Source of the DNA: Balanoglossus misakiensis
Taxonomy: Eukaryota > Animalia > Hemichordata
Length of the DNA stretch: 64,000 bases
NCBI GenBank assembly: GCA_040954595.2
Contig: CM082594.2
Coordinates: 4,821,319-4,885,318, forward strand
Direction of reading: 5' to 3'
Positions within the stretch are counted from its first letter, which is position 1; each line of letters starts with the position of its first letter. A model generated the notes under the pieces. That model saw only the letters and a list, made by a program, of their open reading frames with translations, ran no database searches and had not been told where the DNA came from. Both the position numbers and the translations under genes were made by a program. Below are positions 12,158 through 24,298 of this stretch, piece after piece.

Positions 12158-13595
12158 TCATTTTATATGAATAAAGAAAACTTGCAAAATTCAAGAGAAT
12201 TTGTCTGCTCTCTTTGTGGTGATCCTGACACTCTTTAAGAACACTGGCTGTGATGTTTTTATTTTACCTACTGTGTATTCCCTACAATTATACATAATGG
12301 AGGTTTATACTAATTATTCATGTGACCTATGACATTCAGGGATTAAATATACCAGTTTATTGAAGATCATTTTATATGAATAAAGAAAACTTGCAAAATT
12401 CAAGAGAATTTGTCTGCTCTCTTTGTGGTGATCCTGACACTTTTTAAGAACACTAGCTGTGATGTTTTTATTTTACCTACTGTGTATTCCCTACAATTAT
12501 ACATAATGGAGGTTTATACTAATTATTCATGTGACCTATGACATTCAGGGATTAAATATACTAGTTTATTGAAGATCATTTTATATGAATAAAGAAAACT
12601 TGCAAAATTCAAGAGAATTTGTCTGCTCTCTTTGTGGTGATCCTGACACTTTTTAAGAACACTAGCTGTGATGTTTTCATTTTACCTACTGTGTATTCCC
12701 TACAATTATACATAATGGAGGTTTATACTAATTATTCATGTGACCTATGACATTCAGGGATTAAATATACTAGTTTATTGAAGATCATTTTATATGAATA
12801 AAGAAAACTTGCAAAATTCAAGAGAATTTGTCTGCTCTCTTTGTGGTGATCCTGACACTCTTTAAGAACACTAGCTGTGATGTTTTTATTTTACCTACTG
12901 TGTATTCCCTTCAATTATACATAATGGAGGTTTATACTAATTATTCATGTGACCTATGACATTCAGGGATAATTAAATATACTAGTTTATTGAAGATCAT
13001 TTTATATGAATAAAGAAAACTTGCAAAATTCAAGAGAATTTGTCTGCTCTCTTTGTGGTGATCCTGACACTCTTTAAGAACACTAGCTGTGATGTTTTTA
13101 TTTTACCTACTGTGTATTCCCTACAATTATACATAATGGAGGTTTATACTAATTATTCATGTGACCTATGACATTCAGGGATTAAATATACTAGTTTATT
13201 GAAGATCATTTTATATGAATAAAGAAAACTTGCAAAATTCAAGAGAATTTGTCTGCTCTCTTTGTGGTGATCCTGACACTCTTTAAGAACACTAGCTGTG
13301 ATGTTTTTATTTTACCTACTGTGTATTCCCTACAATTATACATAATGGAGGTTTATACTAATTATTCATGTGACCTATGACATTCAGGGATTAAATATAC
13401 TAGTTTATTGAAGATCATTTTATATGAATAAAGAAAACTTGCAAAATTCAAGAGAAGTTGTCTGCTCTCTCTTTGTGAAGATCTTGACACTCCTTAAGAA
13501 CACTAAGTTTAGTTTTTATATTGGAGGTTTATTTTAATTATGCCTGTGACCTATGACATCATTTAGGGATTAAAGAAACTAGTTTATTAAAGATG
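12158..13595. repeat. 209-bp tandem repeat, 6 near-identical copies plus one degenerate copy
   Basis: TCATTTTATATGAATAAAGAAAAC starts at 12158, 12367, 12576, 12785, 12997, 13206 and 13415 (period 209; one unit has a 3-bp insertion). Confidence 0.97.
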
Positions 13596-13806
13596 TGAAA
13601 AGTTAAAATGAGTCCTACATGCTACTCTTAAAGACTTAACATATAGCCAAATACGTTATGAAACTTACTACAATCAGCTAACATTTTATCAAAAAATGCA
13701 ATTTGAATACTATTAACAATTAATTATTAAGCTCTTTTAGGACTTGGATTAAACTATCATTTTAGCAGATTATAATACATGAATCTCTGGTCATCATCCA
13801 ATAATA

Positions 13807-13965
13807 AGATGACCACTGTTACTTCATTTGGCTATCCAGACAACCTCGCAACAGCCACAGAGATCAGAACACCTGACCTCTGGGGATGGCCAAATAGATG
13901 ACCATGCACCAAGACTGTTACTTCATATGTTATCCAGACAACCTCGCAACAGCTACAGAGATCAG
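13807..13965. repeat. Imperfect direct duplication of about 60 bp
   Basis: ACTGTTACTTCAT...TATCCAGACAACCTCGCAACAGCYACAGAGATCAG occurs twice, about 100 bp apart. Confidence 0.85.
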
Positions 13966-14519
13966 TAATTCACTCAAATAAAAGACTGTTGGACTATTTG
14001 ATAGGGGAGGGGGGGGGGGGAACCTGTATTTTGCTAACACTACTAAACTTGGCAATGCCCAGACACATCCAATAAAGTACACACATCCAACAAAGTTTCT
14101 CTTTAATATTATTGTTCATTATTAAAGTGACAAAATTGCTCTCTGTTGACCTATGTTGATATGAATATTTCTATGCCTTTCGACTTTTTGAAATATGCCA
14201 AAATATAATTCTGTGACAATGTTTACTTAAGGAAACTGAATTGATATAGCCAAATACATGTAGTTCGCTTACAGGTCACAAACAAAATTTTTGTTTTACA
14301 TTCATCAAAAGGTAAAAAAATGTTTTGAAGTTTTGACTCATTTTGTACACAACCAGACTTAAAGAAAAGTATTCCATGAATTCTTGATATCACATAAGGT
14401 CAAAAAGAGCAACTTTGTACTTTTAATTAAAAAAAATTCTGCATCACCATTTCTTCACTGTCGTTGCAAAGTTTGGTTGTCCATATCCGACTGGCAAACC
14501 TCCAAACTGCTGGACTAAC

Positions 14520-15211
14520 CTGCACTAGCTACTCTTATGGCAAGACAATTAAATATTTCGCGAAGTCATCTACAGACTTGTAACTGACAAGTCAAGAATC
14601 ATATCTGTTTCAAAGGGCTTGTCCTGTGCAACTTTGTTGATGTTGCACTAAATAGTTTGATGGACAACTGCCCCAAAAAAGATACATTGCAATAAAATAT
14701 TATCTAGCGAGTCAACATGTACACGATTGTCTGCCATCAATGCATCTGACTGACTGAATCTTAATGAGTAATTGTAATGAGAGACGTACCTTCACTGCTC
14801 CACTGACGGACCACGCGGTCAGATGGGCTTGATGAAATGTCGCGTCCACAACGTTCTGAATAACGGAAAGCAAACAAAAGAAAACTAAGGTTCATGAAGA
14901 AAAATACGACACAAAAATGACAGAAACGAAAAGTTCACAAGCTGCAGTTATGATTTTAGTGATACAGGCACGTTGTGAACTTGATACTTTCCAGTGAAGC
15001 AAAGTTGAACAAAGCGTGGCCATTGACACAAAATGAACGGCAGCCACATTTCTCCATGCTTGGGCAATGGACACCCCCCCCCCCCCCTACCCAAACAACG
15101 GGGAAAATGTTCATGGGCAATTTTGCTGGACTTGCAGACGTGTTTCTGTTCAAAGAGAGAAAAAAGCAATGACTTACCATAACTGATAACATCTTCAGCG
15201 AACAGTTCAGC
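14520..15211 (-). other. Putative short minus-strand exons (15211-15178, 14855-14790, possibly 14569-14520)
   Basis: TTTTACCCCCATTCTAG|...ATG|GTAAGT; TTTCCGTTATTCAG|...AAG|GTACGT; CTGTAG|...CAG|GTTAGT. No convincing protein results. Confidence 0.35.
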
Positions 15212-15409
15212 CTAGAATGGGGGTAAAATTTAGTTTTTCACTGGGAAAGTCAGAAAAAACGGGGACATGAAAAACGTGGCTGCCACAACCACGTCCACCT
15301 CAGAAGGACTGATGACGTTTATTCATAATCAGTTGCGCATCTATTGATAAACAAATTTTGCCTGGACAAACTGACCAGTCACAGACTGCCGATAGGGAAT
15401 ACTGCAGTA

Positions 15410-15525
15410 GTGATTTGCATACGTATGCTAATTTGAGAGCCAGCAGACCAGCTGTGGGACTAGCAGTCATTCCAATAAACCAATCAGGAAAAGGCGGTTA
15501 ATTATTACAATAAACCAATCAGGAA
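15410..15525. promoter_or_regulatory. CCAAT/octamer cluster, candidate promoter for the minus-strand exon chain
   Basis: ATTTGCAT at 15413-15420; CAATAAACCAATCAGGAAAA duplicated at about 15473 and 15508. Confidence 0.4.
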
Positions 15526-18500
15526 AAACAACTAATTATGGCAACTGCTGCAATTTAAAGAAATTTATTTTACTGTGGCTAGGAAGATATGAGTAATTTA
15601 GTGATGATTAGGACTACAGAAAACAGTTCCAATACATGTATCATGTGTATTTCTGTTTGTTGGGTTCTCAGGGGATGTGGACCTAACCATGTGATGCACG
15701 TTGGTTACATCGCGCAAATCTCATTTATGAGAGCTAAAACCATTAAAAACGTAGCACCCCTTGTAGCGGACGAACGATGCGACGGCTGAGACCGGTATCC
15801 AGAGCCCGACATGTACGCACAGACGTGGAAGTCATCAAGTTTTTATCCCGTCCGACATAAAAATTACCCCTCTGGGCCGGCCGGTTGGTACCTTCCAAAG
15901 CTAAGTTCTATGCAAATGTTTCTTGACCTGGAAATTTGACCCGGGAGATGACGTCAAAAGACGTTGCTTTTTACTTCTTTTATTCCACTATCATTTCCTC
16001 CAGGGTTTTCTTAATTTATTAATCCGGCGGCGACTATGTCATTGATAAGAAATTCTGAAGAATGGCGATTTTATCGCCCAGTGAAGCAAAAGGTATGTAG
16101 TTTGGTGCGCCCTCAGCGTTTAGTTTTTCAAATAAATTTCATTCTGTTTTTAACCAACTGCCAGCGTTCATGATACGTTCGCTTATGCATTAATTCTTTT
16201 TACTGCAGATAAAACGTTTAAATGTGTCTTTTTCAGTGTTTTAATAGTTGTATTCAATACGAGCTGCAAACCTAGTGATAAAAGTGTCATTCTAGACATT
16301 GCGTTACTTGTTCCGGCGAAAATGATTTAACTCAACTATTTTTAAAGAGATCACTCGACGCACATTTCCATTCCATAAGAATTCTCCGTCGCTTCTTCCG
16401 AGAAAGGGTGCAATTGCCGCAAAATGGAAGGGACGCACTGTCTTTGCGACGGTGTGAACGCGATTGTCTTCTCATTCCCACTCCGTCCGCCGGACAGTGC
16501 AATAAATTTTACGGGCCCGCAGATTCAAAACCAACAGCTTGACAACTTTAATCACAGCAGTCCACCGTAAGCAAACAAATCCGACTGCACTCAATCGGTA
16601 AATCAAGCTAAACCGGGGATGTGTAGCCCCAAGGCGAAGACCAGATGTCACGGTAGACTGCCGCGAAGATAATCGGCGGAAAGTCGTGTTAGTGAAAAAA
16701 TCATTATGCCCATCCTCGGTTGGATGATTCGAGTCCAACTGGGGTGCCAGCGGACGTATGTTACTACAACTGTGTCCACATAGGCGTGATTGGACCACTA
16801 TTAAAACCCAGAGGTGAAAGGTTAAATAGAATTGATATAATTGGTCGACAAAAGCAGACTCCCTAATTTTGGAAGTGGGTATTTAAAAGCGTACAGCATG
16901 CACATAGTACTATAGTATGTTCGGATATTTCTTTTCTCAGAAGGCCCAGGCCGCAGTGGCGCTACAATGCACTACGAATGTAGTGACTATAGGATCTCCC
17001 CTGGGAATGAAAGACGTGACACCCCTATTGTGTGTATTGCATCACTCCTTCCAAAAACACCCGTTCCCTCGATCTATAAAAAAGCGGGGGGGGGGGGGAC
17101 GAATGAGCTACGAAGACATTTCCAGCGCGATTCGAGTCACCCTTCTCCAAACATGCGCTTCCATTGTCTCCGGTGTGAACCCGCGGATTATGAGATTGGG
17201 GCCCGGTTAATCCACAAAACACGTTTGGACAAGTTGAAAATGAAAACAGCCTAAACGGGAACGATGACCATGGTTGACTGGGCCGTTCAACCGCGCTGTG
17301 GACGCTCGCTCCTGGTCTTACGCTGACCGAGTTGCGGCGGCGCGGGCGTCCGTGGTCACGTCACGTCGCGTCGCGCACAGTCGGTCACCTTGTTTCTATA
17401 ACTTTTGCTTGTGTAGTCTTTATGTCATTTGTCGCACTGACTTGGTCATTTTTCAGCCTCTGAAAGTGTCACGTGTCTGTCAACCAGTAACCCATTGTCA
17501 CCTTCTCTCGGTGCAGTTATAAGTGGCCAGGTGCTTCTTTGTAAAACGTGAACAAGGGGGCTTACCGTCACCGATCTGTTCCCTGGTGAAGCAAACCCCA
17601 CAGCCCCTTCTGAAAAGTACTCAACACATCGCTGAACCGACAACCAACGAGCGCCCTCAAAGTTTTGCTAACGAAGCCGGATATCAGGGTCAACTGAGGT
17701 CAAGTGTAGACACAGGGTGTCAGATTTTTTTTTCATTGCACGTAAGAGACGGAACTCCACAATCTACAAACTATAAATAAATCGCTAACACGGGGAGGAA
17801 AAACTGGACGCATGCCAGATGATGCCGTAAAAGAGTGACTGCGGCTAACAATTACGCCTTTGAGTGAGCGTAACGTGAACCCGTGATAATCGTAGATAGG
17901 TCAATGCTACGGTGCCCCTAATACAGTTTCCTCCGGGAAGTCGGCCTGGAACATGCAGATTCTCTGGGTGTTTTTTTTTTTTTTTGAAACAGTGTCTGTT
18001 CCTTCGCCTGTTGACAAATTGGTCTTGCTATTCAGACCAGATTCGGGCGCACAATGCGTATTCTTCTCGGAGTTAAAATACAAAACAACGCGAGCCTTTG
18101 AAAAGATACTACAGGACTTGTCGAGTGATAGAATAAAGCCAACTATTAAATGGTGGCCACATTTAATAGTTAGAAACACTGTGAGACGAGGGCGCATTCA
18201 AAACCCAGGATCCCCATTCGAGAGGAGGCTTAGGAGCGCTTTGGGAGAAATTTCGACAACTGTCACAAGTTTAGTACTTTTTTAACGATTGGTCGATTAC
18301 TGAGGAAATTGATACGTCAACGCGTTAACAATGAAGAGAGTGTAGGCCAAAGCAAAGATTAGCAGGGCAGACGAGCTCTCGTGAGAGACCATTACAGAAA
18401 ATAAGACAATAAAGTCGGACAATAACTCCACCTGCGGCGCACGATTATTGCATCATTAACTGATATCGTGGCTGAGTGAAATAAATAAACATTTATCACA

Positions 18501-19127
18501 CACTCGCCGACCTTGCCAAGCGCTCCCAATATTGAAAACGCGACCGGCCCAGAATTGGCAGGTTTTGAACTCCTGGCTTGGTCACTTTGGACCAGTGCCA
18601 AGACTGGATGACCAGAATGCACAGCCACAATCGTGACATTTGCATCCTATCCATGTCATGTCAGCTCAGCTCAGCTCAGCTCCGGGTCGCCTCTCCAGAA
18701 AAAAAAAGTGACCACAAAACGTGTACGTATCGCCGGGATGATGTGCGCGAGTTGTCCGCGGTTTAATCTCCAGGTCTGGGTTATTTTTTGTCCTACAGAT
18801 TGCGAGTAAAAAGCGGTACACATTTTGGCAACCGTCCAAGACCACTAATTCGGATCCGCTGCGTTGCCTTCCGTTTCGATAACGACCGTGCTCACCCTTA
18901 TGTCGTTTTGTCGAAAGTGAGTCTCCCAAAAAGCGCTTGTCAGCATATCGACTGCACCCGATAGAAACCGTCACTGCCCCCTTTTTTTTTACAAAGGGGG
19001 ACAGCGATAATACGAGCTGTTTCATCGCTGAAAACCACTGTCACTCCCCCGTTTCGGGTACAGTTACAAATTATTTGTCACTAAAAGTCTTTTGAAAAGG
19101 ACCGCGGTGGCTGTTGAAGTTTGGCTT

Positions 19128-19134
19128 GCACGCA

Positions 19135-19166
<32 letters not shown>

Positions 19167-19171
19167 CACAC
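19128..19171. repeat. (GCAC)n-(AC)n microsatellite
   Basis: Directly visible. Confidence 0.95.
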
Positions 19172-20715
19172 TGAGTTCGCCTCGTGAATGGCAAATCAGT
19201 GGAGCGGCCGTCCAAGAAGGGGCTGGTGTAACCATAGATTGTTGAAGCAAGCACTATGGCCGAGTAACAAGGCGCGACCACACTGAATAAAACGAAGTAG
19301 TAAGCGTACAAATTGTCGGTTGGCACGATGCCAAACGGTTGTCGTTGATAAGCGCTATTAGCAGGGGAAGAATCGTTTGACATACGCTCATAGTAAAGTG
19401 ATAAAAATCATGTTGCCCTTCCTTTAGAACTGCCCTGGATAACGCTTTTACTCAGACATTGTTGCTATGCTGTTGCGTTACCTAGGCAACCCTGAGTCAC
19501 CCCGGTCGCTAACTGAGTCCGGGAAGATTCGGCGAAAGCCCAACTAGAGTGACAGAAGCTCTCTTGAATAGCGATCCATTTTATTCAAAGAAGTGGGAAA
19601 TTAAATTTATAATGTAAGAAGATGTCGTGAAAAGGTATCATGGCCGATGAAGGATAATGGTAGCCTTTTTACCCCGGATATCAGCAATCTCTCGAACCGT
19701 AGTTGAATGACTTCATGTTGTGAGTGGAAAACATTGTAGCCTGCCTTCTTTCAGTGATTGTGCGTTATTCAGGGACTGCACGTTATATGTCTCCTTAGGG
19801 CAAAGCGTTCCCTTGGAAACGCTACCTGTGCATCGTTTAACGCCGACAACCGAGTCGATTTTTTTTGCCGGGTTGGTTGACTCCGAGAGAAAGGGCTGCA
19901 GTGACGTCTCCTTGAGTGGAATGACAGATTCGGAAATTGACAAGTCGTGGTTCTGACACCAGCTTGCGTCGTTTTCATGCATGATAGAAGTTTGTCGCCG
20001 GAGTTCGCGGCGTGGGTAACCCCGTTCGTCTTCACGGGAAGCGTTCCCGTTAGTTTTGGGGGGTTTGATTTCATTGGGGCCATCCTGTCAAACGTCTCTG
20101 CTCGAGTCGTTGGTTTATCTTTTTCATTGCAAAAGCTGTGTCCGCTGGGGTTTTGTGATAGTAAAGCCAACGTGTGCACGACACCTTGACTGAGTTGGAA
20201 AAAAAAACGTACGCCAACAAGACAGGCCACTCACACATCTTTAAAAAAAACGCCGACGGGCCTCGAAAATGTTAACCAGGCAAAACGTTTAATATCACTG
20301 GAATCTCCGCGTTTCGCTGAGAGATACCGGGTTCGAATAACGGGCCGGGCTTTTTGAGATCAAACGGGAGATTGAGCGCAAACGCAAACAGGTAACCAAC
20401 CCCCACTTTACAATGATCTGCATCGCCACACATTGGGATCACAGAGAAGCCCGGCGCGTTTTGTCTCTTCCAAATATTGGGGATTTTTCTCCGAGCGAGT
20501 TCGACGACTCACTTCAAGCTAGTTTCTGGCTCTAGAAGATGACCATTTTCTTAATTACTCTGCCCGCCGGCTGTGAGGACGAGAACAGCCATAATAGAGG
20601 AAGAATCGAAACGCATCTCATCTCTAAACACCGCGCGACTCGCTGGAATAGAGATGGCATAAGAAACGCGTTTTGCCAGGGCCCTTTTGTATATATATAT
20701 ATAAAATTGATTGTC

Positions 20716-21170
20716 TGACTCAAACCATCATCTTCACCGTGACTGGATATACATTCATGTACCGTTTTCCTTAATTTGATTTTATTGACACTTTTCAATG
20801 ACTCACCCATTGTTTCACTCAGATTAACAAAGATTTAAAAAAAGTCGAGATTATAGATTTTATTGCGGTGTAAAGAGAACTGAATTGGCGTGACTCAGTC
20901 CCTCGGTACTCATCGCTCGATTAATTTGACTCATTCGTCGCAGTTTGAATTCTTCGGAGCAGACTCCCTCGGCAAAATGTTCAAGGACTCCGTCAGTTGG
21001 AATTAAGAACGCACTTCGAACGTTTCCTGTAAAATCCGAGCCTTGAAAAAAAAAATCAATCACTTGTTATCCTTATAAAATCCAAAGCTTTATAAAACCC
21101 CGTGGAAGAAAAGCGATAACCCACGCTTGGACTATTTCCTGCTCCGAAAGACAAAGCCGTGATGACGTCA
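20716..21170. promoter_or_regulatory. Candidate enhancer: four AP-1 sites plus a CRE
   Basis: TGACTCA at 20716, 20799, 20891 and 20927; TGACGTCA at 21163. Confidence 0.45.
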
Positions 21171-22504
21171 CCACTTCTTGCTGAAACAAACGGTGACGCG
21201 ATTGATGCACGACAATAAACGCGTTATCCGCACCAATTACACCTTCCGTCTCTGAAAGTTTTGGAGGTTTACACATTGTTTGTGTTTCTTTAGTCTTCCG
21301 GTGCCATTTATCTTTCAAACGAAGACAAAACTTCTTTACGCGGTTTTGATGTCATCGTCGCTCATTATTAGGTTACGCAGTACTGCCGATCCGCCCCAAT
21401 GAGTCGGTTGTGAGGGGAGGGGGGGGGGGGAGAGGGTTAAATTTCGACTGCATGGGTGTTTTGAATGCCTTCTTATCTGCAGGGGAGGGGGCACAGAAAT
21501 ACTGCGAAATTGCCGAGAGGTGGAAAAATGACCGGGTCGATGGAAACACTGTGACTTTAGTGGAGGGGGGGGGGGGGGGAGGGGGTATTTGATAGGTGTG
21601 CTGGCTCGCTGGCACGGTAGGTACTCCATGGATTTTTGCACGCGACTTTTTTGAAATTGTGTATCGGTGGCTGGCGACTCGGTTGAATGAGGCATGATGG
21701 TTCGTTGGTATGAGAAAGTCATACTTGACCGAAAGGATACTGGGAACCTTGAATTTTTGGCACAATACTAAAAAATCTGGATTCGTCTTCAACATTACAA
21801 ATGAAAGTATTAAATAGTTTTTGCCTCGACCTCCCATTCGTGTGTGTGTGAGTGCTGGTGTATGTTTGTATAGAGCGTACACCTCACATCTCACATCTTA
21901 AACCATTCGGAGACGCCTGCTTTCTTCGAATTGAGAAAATTCAATGACGGACGTGTCAAGGTCGGTTGACTCACGTGACACAATAAAAGCCACAATAAAA
22001 ACTGGTTTATGTCGCCATTTAATCGCAACATTACATCGCTTTTGAGATTTTCTTACGATCTATGAAAACGTTTTTAAATCACTAGGCTTTGACAATATTG
22101 TGTCGCACTATGTATTTTTTCCATTAAGCGTATGTTTGATAGTATGCAGGTTCCTGTCGGTATCAAGCCCCTAATTCTAACTTAAAAGTTTTAAAAAGGG
22201 GAGCCTGTTGTGAACTTTTCAACCCCGCAATTCTCTTTGATTGCGGTAAACGAGTGAATCTGGATTGCTGTGAATGGAATTGGTCCAGTCATTCTTCGCG
22301 ATGTTATACAATGCGGCGTTTGTCCCAGATACATTGCAGGGTAGGGTTGAACAGTGCGGAAAACCCGGCGATCACTCGCCGGTGTCGCGTCACTGATATA
22401 TAGTCACACAGTCACAGTTTGTCATATGCTACACAACACAACCGAGACTACTATGATAACACTGCCATCGACGATTCATAACAGACACACACGCGCGCAT
22501 GCAC

Positions 22505-22530
22505 AGAGAGAGAGAGAGAGAGAGAGAGAG
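22505..22530. repeat. (AG)n microsatellite
   Basis: Directly visible. Confidence 0.95.
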
Positions 22531-22579
22531 GTGAGGGGAACAATACCTTGTACATTCAAAATGGGGGCCGGGTGACTGC

Positions 22580-22664
22580 TAGTCTCGGTTACCCAGACCC
22601 CTCTGCTTCTTCCGTTTCTGGAGTGCCCAACGGAAGAAGCAGAGGGTCTGGGTAACCGAGACTA
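22580..22664. mobile_element. 85-bp palindromic miniature DNA transposon, Academ(H)-like termini
   Basis: Arms TAGTCTCGGTTACCCAGACCC(C)TCTGCTTCTTCCGTT invert around a 12-nt loop; termini TAG...CTA; 9-bp flanking direct repeat GGTGACTGC/GGTAACTGC (8/9). The superfamily call is an inference from termini and TSD length. Confidence 0.8.
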
Positions 22665-24065
22665 GGTAACTGCTAGTGAAAGCCATGTTTAACACGCTGT
22701 GCCACAAAATGGATCAAACAGAGAGAACCAAAAGAATATTAAAGAACACTGGAAAATATCTTGACATACACAACATGCAAAAGGAATTCCGTACAGTTGG
22801 GCTTTAATGGCAAAGGGGGGGGGGGGTCAATATAAGCCAACAAAGCGGGGCAAAGTCGTCGATCTTTCACCGTTCATCGCCGGGTCGATGGGCCACAATG
22901 AAGTGACACAGGTTCGGTTCACACGGACACCGTGGTCGGATAGGGACCTTGCGTTGATCAATCGACGTACGTGTACCGGCCCTTGTTTTCTAATTTCGTC
23001 CGCTTGTTATCGTGTATTACGCGGTCACAATGGACAACTGGTGGATTATCGATACGTGCCAATCTTGGCGTAAGAAATCGAACCTCCCAACAAAGGCGGG
23101 AAATGTTTGGCGCGGCCCCGCCTGTTAAACATTTAACGACGTGTTCTCGTCACTTTATACAAGTCTTTCAAACTAGTTCTGCAGCGCGTTTATCGACACT
23201 GTTACGATTGTAAACAAGGAGGAGTAACTTTTACCTGTATCGATCCTCTGTTTTCACTTGAAGTGCAATGACGTCATTCCAACGCCGTAGGGTCAAAGGT
23301 CACAACACTGACAGCGGTAAAATTTTCTGGTGGCATTTACAGTCATCGGCGGTAATAGCGTTTCCTCGCCAAATAAGACCATAAAATCGTGGAAAGTCCA
23401 TTAGTGTGTGGGCGTCTTCCTCCCAGTCGATGGCTGGCAATATTATTTATAATTTTCTCGTTAAAAATTAAATATAATGACGGAAACCGAATTCAAAGTT
23501 CTGTTTCGAAAGACGTCATCGGTAGCGATCTTTGCCTGTTCGCTTTCTCGGCGGTTCAAAGATAAACCGTCACAGGTGTTCGATCCGTGTCGTTGCTTGA
23601 ATGCTCACTTCCACGTAGCAATTTGAAGGATTCTTTGACGGAAAAGGCCGCTGGCGTATAAATAATTGTCTACGTCATATACCAATTTTGCGACAGGAGA
23701 AAAAAAAGTGACATTAAAACGTTCCCAGCCACCGCAAATGGATTGCTTTAAAATTCGGAAAACAAACTCCCGTGTGAGGACTTATGCTAATAGCTAATAT
23801 TTGTGGCGGAGTTTGGTTTGCGTCAACTGTGAAATTTAACAGGACTACGACCGGCGTTTTGCTAGGATTTGACGCAAACCGAGCAGAGTGTATATAGAAC
23901 AAGGTGATTGTGAAAGATGAAAGTCAATGCAGTAGACTTTATTCCTGAATGAACAGCAATCAGCGTAAGACTTTGTCAACAGGCCAAGTGACGTCATAGT
24001 GGCGGGATACCTGGTTTCTTGTATCAACCAACATCGCCCACTTAAACCCATAGGTTCATTAAACC

Positions 24066-24298
24066 TCTGTCTGTCTGTCTGTCTGTCTGTATGTATGTAC
24101 ATGTATGTATGTATGTATGTATGTATGTATGTATGTATGTATGTATGTATGTATGTATGTATGTATGTATGTATGTATGTATGTATGTATGTATGTATGT
24201 ATGTATGTATGTATGTATGTATGTATGTATGTATGTATGTATGTATGTATGTATGTATGTATGTATGTATGTATGTATGTATGTATGTATGTATGTAT
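24066..24298. repeat. Compound microsatellite (TCTG)n-(TATG)n
   Basis: Directly visible; about 50 TATG units. Confidence 0.99.

Larger units (their letters stand above)
1..15763. mobile_element. Possible large degenerate or non-autonomous element (AT-rich, CpG-poor block); left end not visible
   Basis: Abrupt compositional switch near 15760, concentration of tandem arrays, hairpins and orphan exons, candidate terminus ...GTAGCACCCCTTG. No intact transposase and no second terminus seen. Confidence 0.35.

Noticed and set aside
20320-20350. GGTTCGAAT B-box suggesting a tRNA or SINE (similar motifs near 23578 and 49750)
   Set aside because: No A-box at the right spacing and no cloverleaf stems.
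21410-21590. G-run cluster as a G-quadruplex element or MITE
   Set aside because: Similar G homopolymers occur throughout the window, and I found no TIR pair or TSD to delimit an element.
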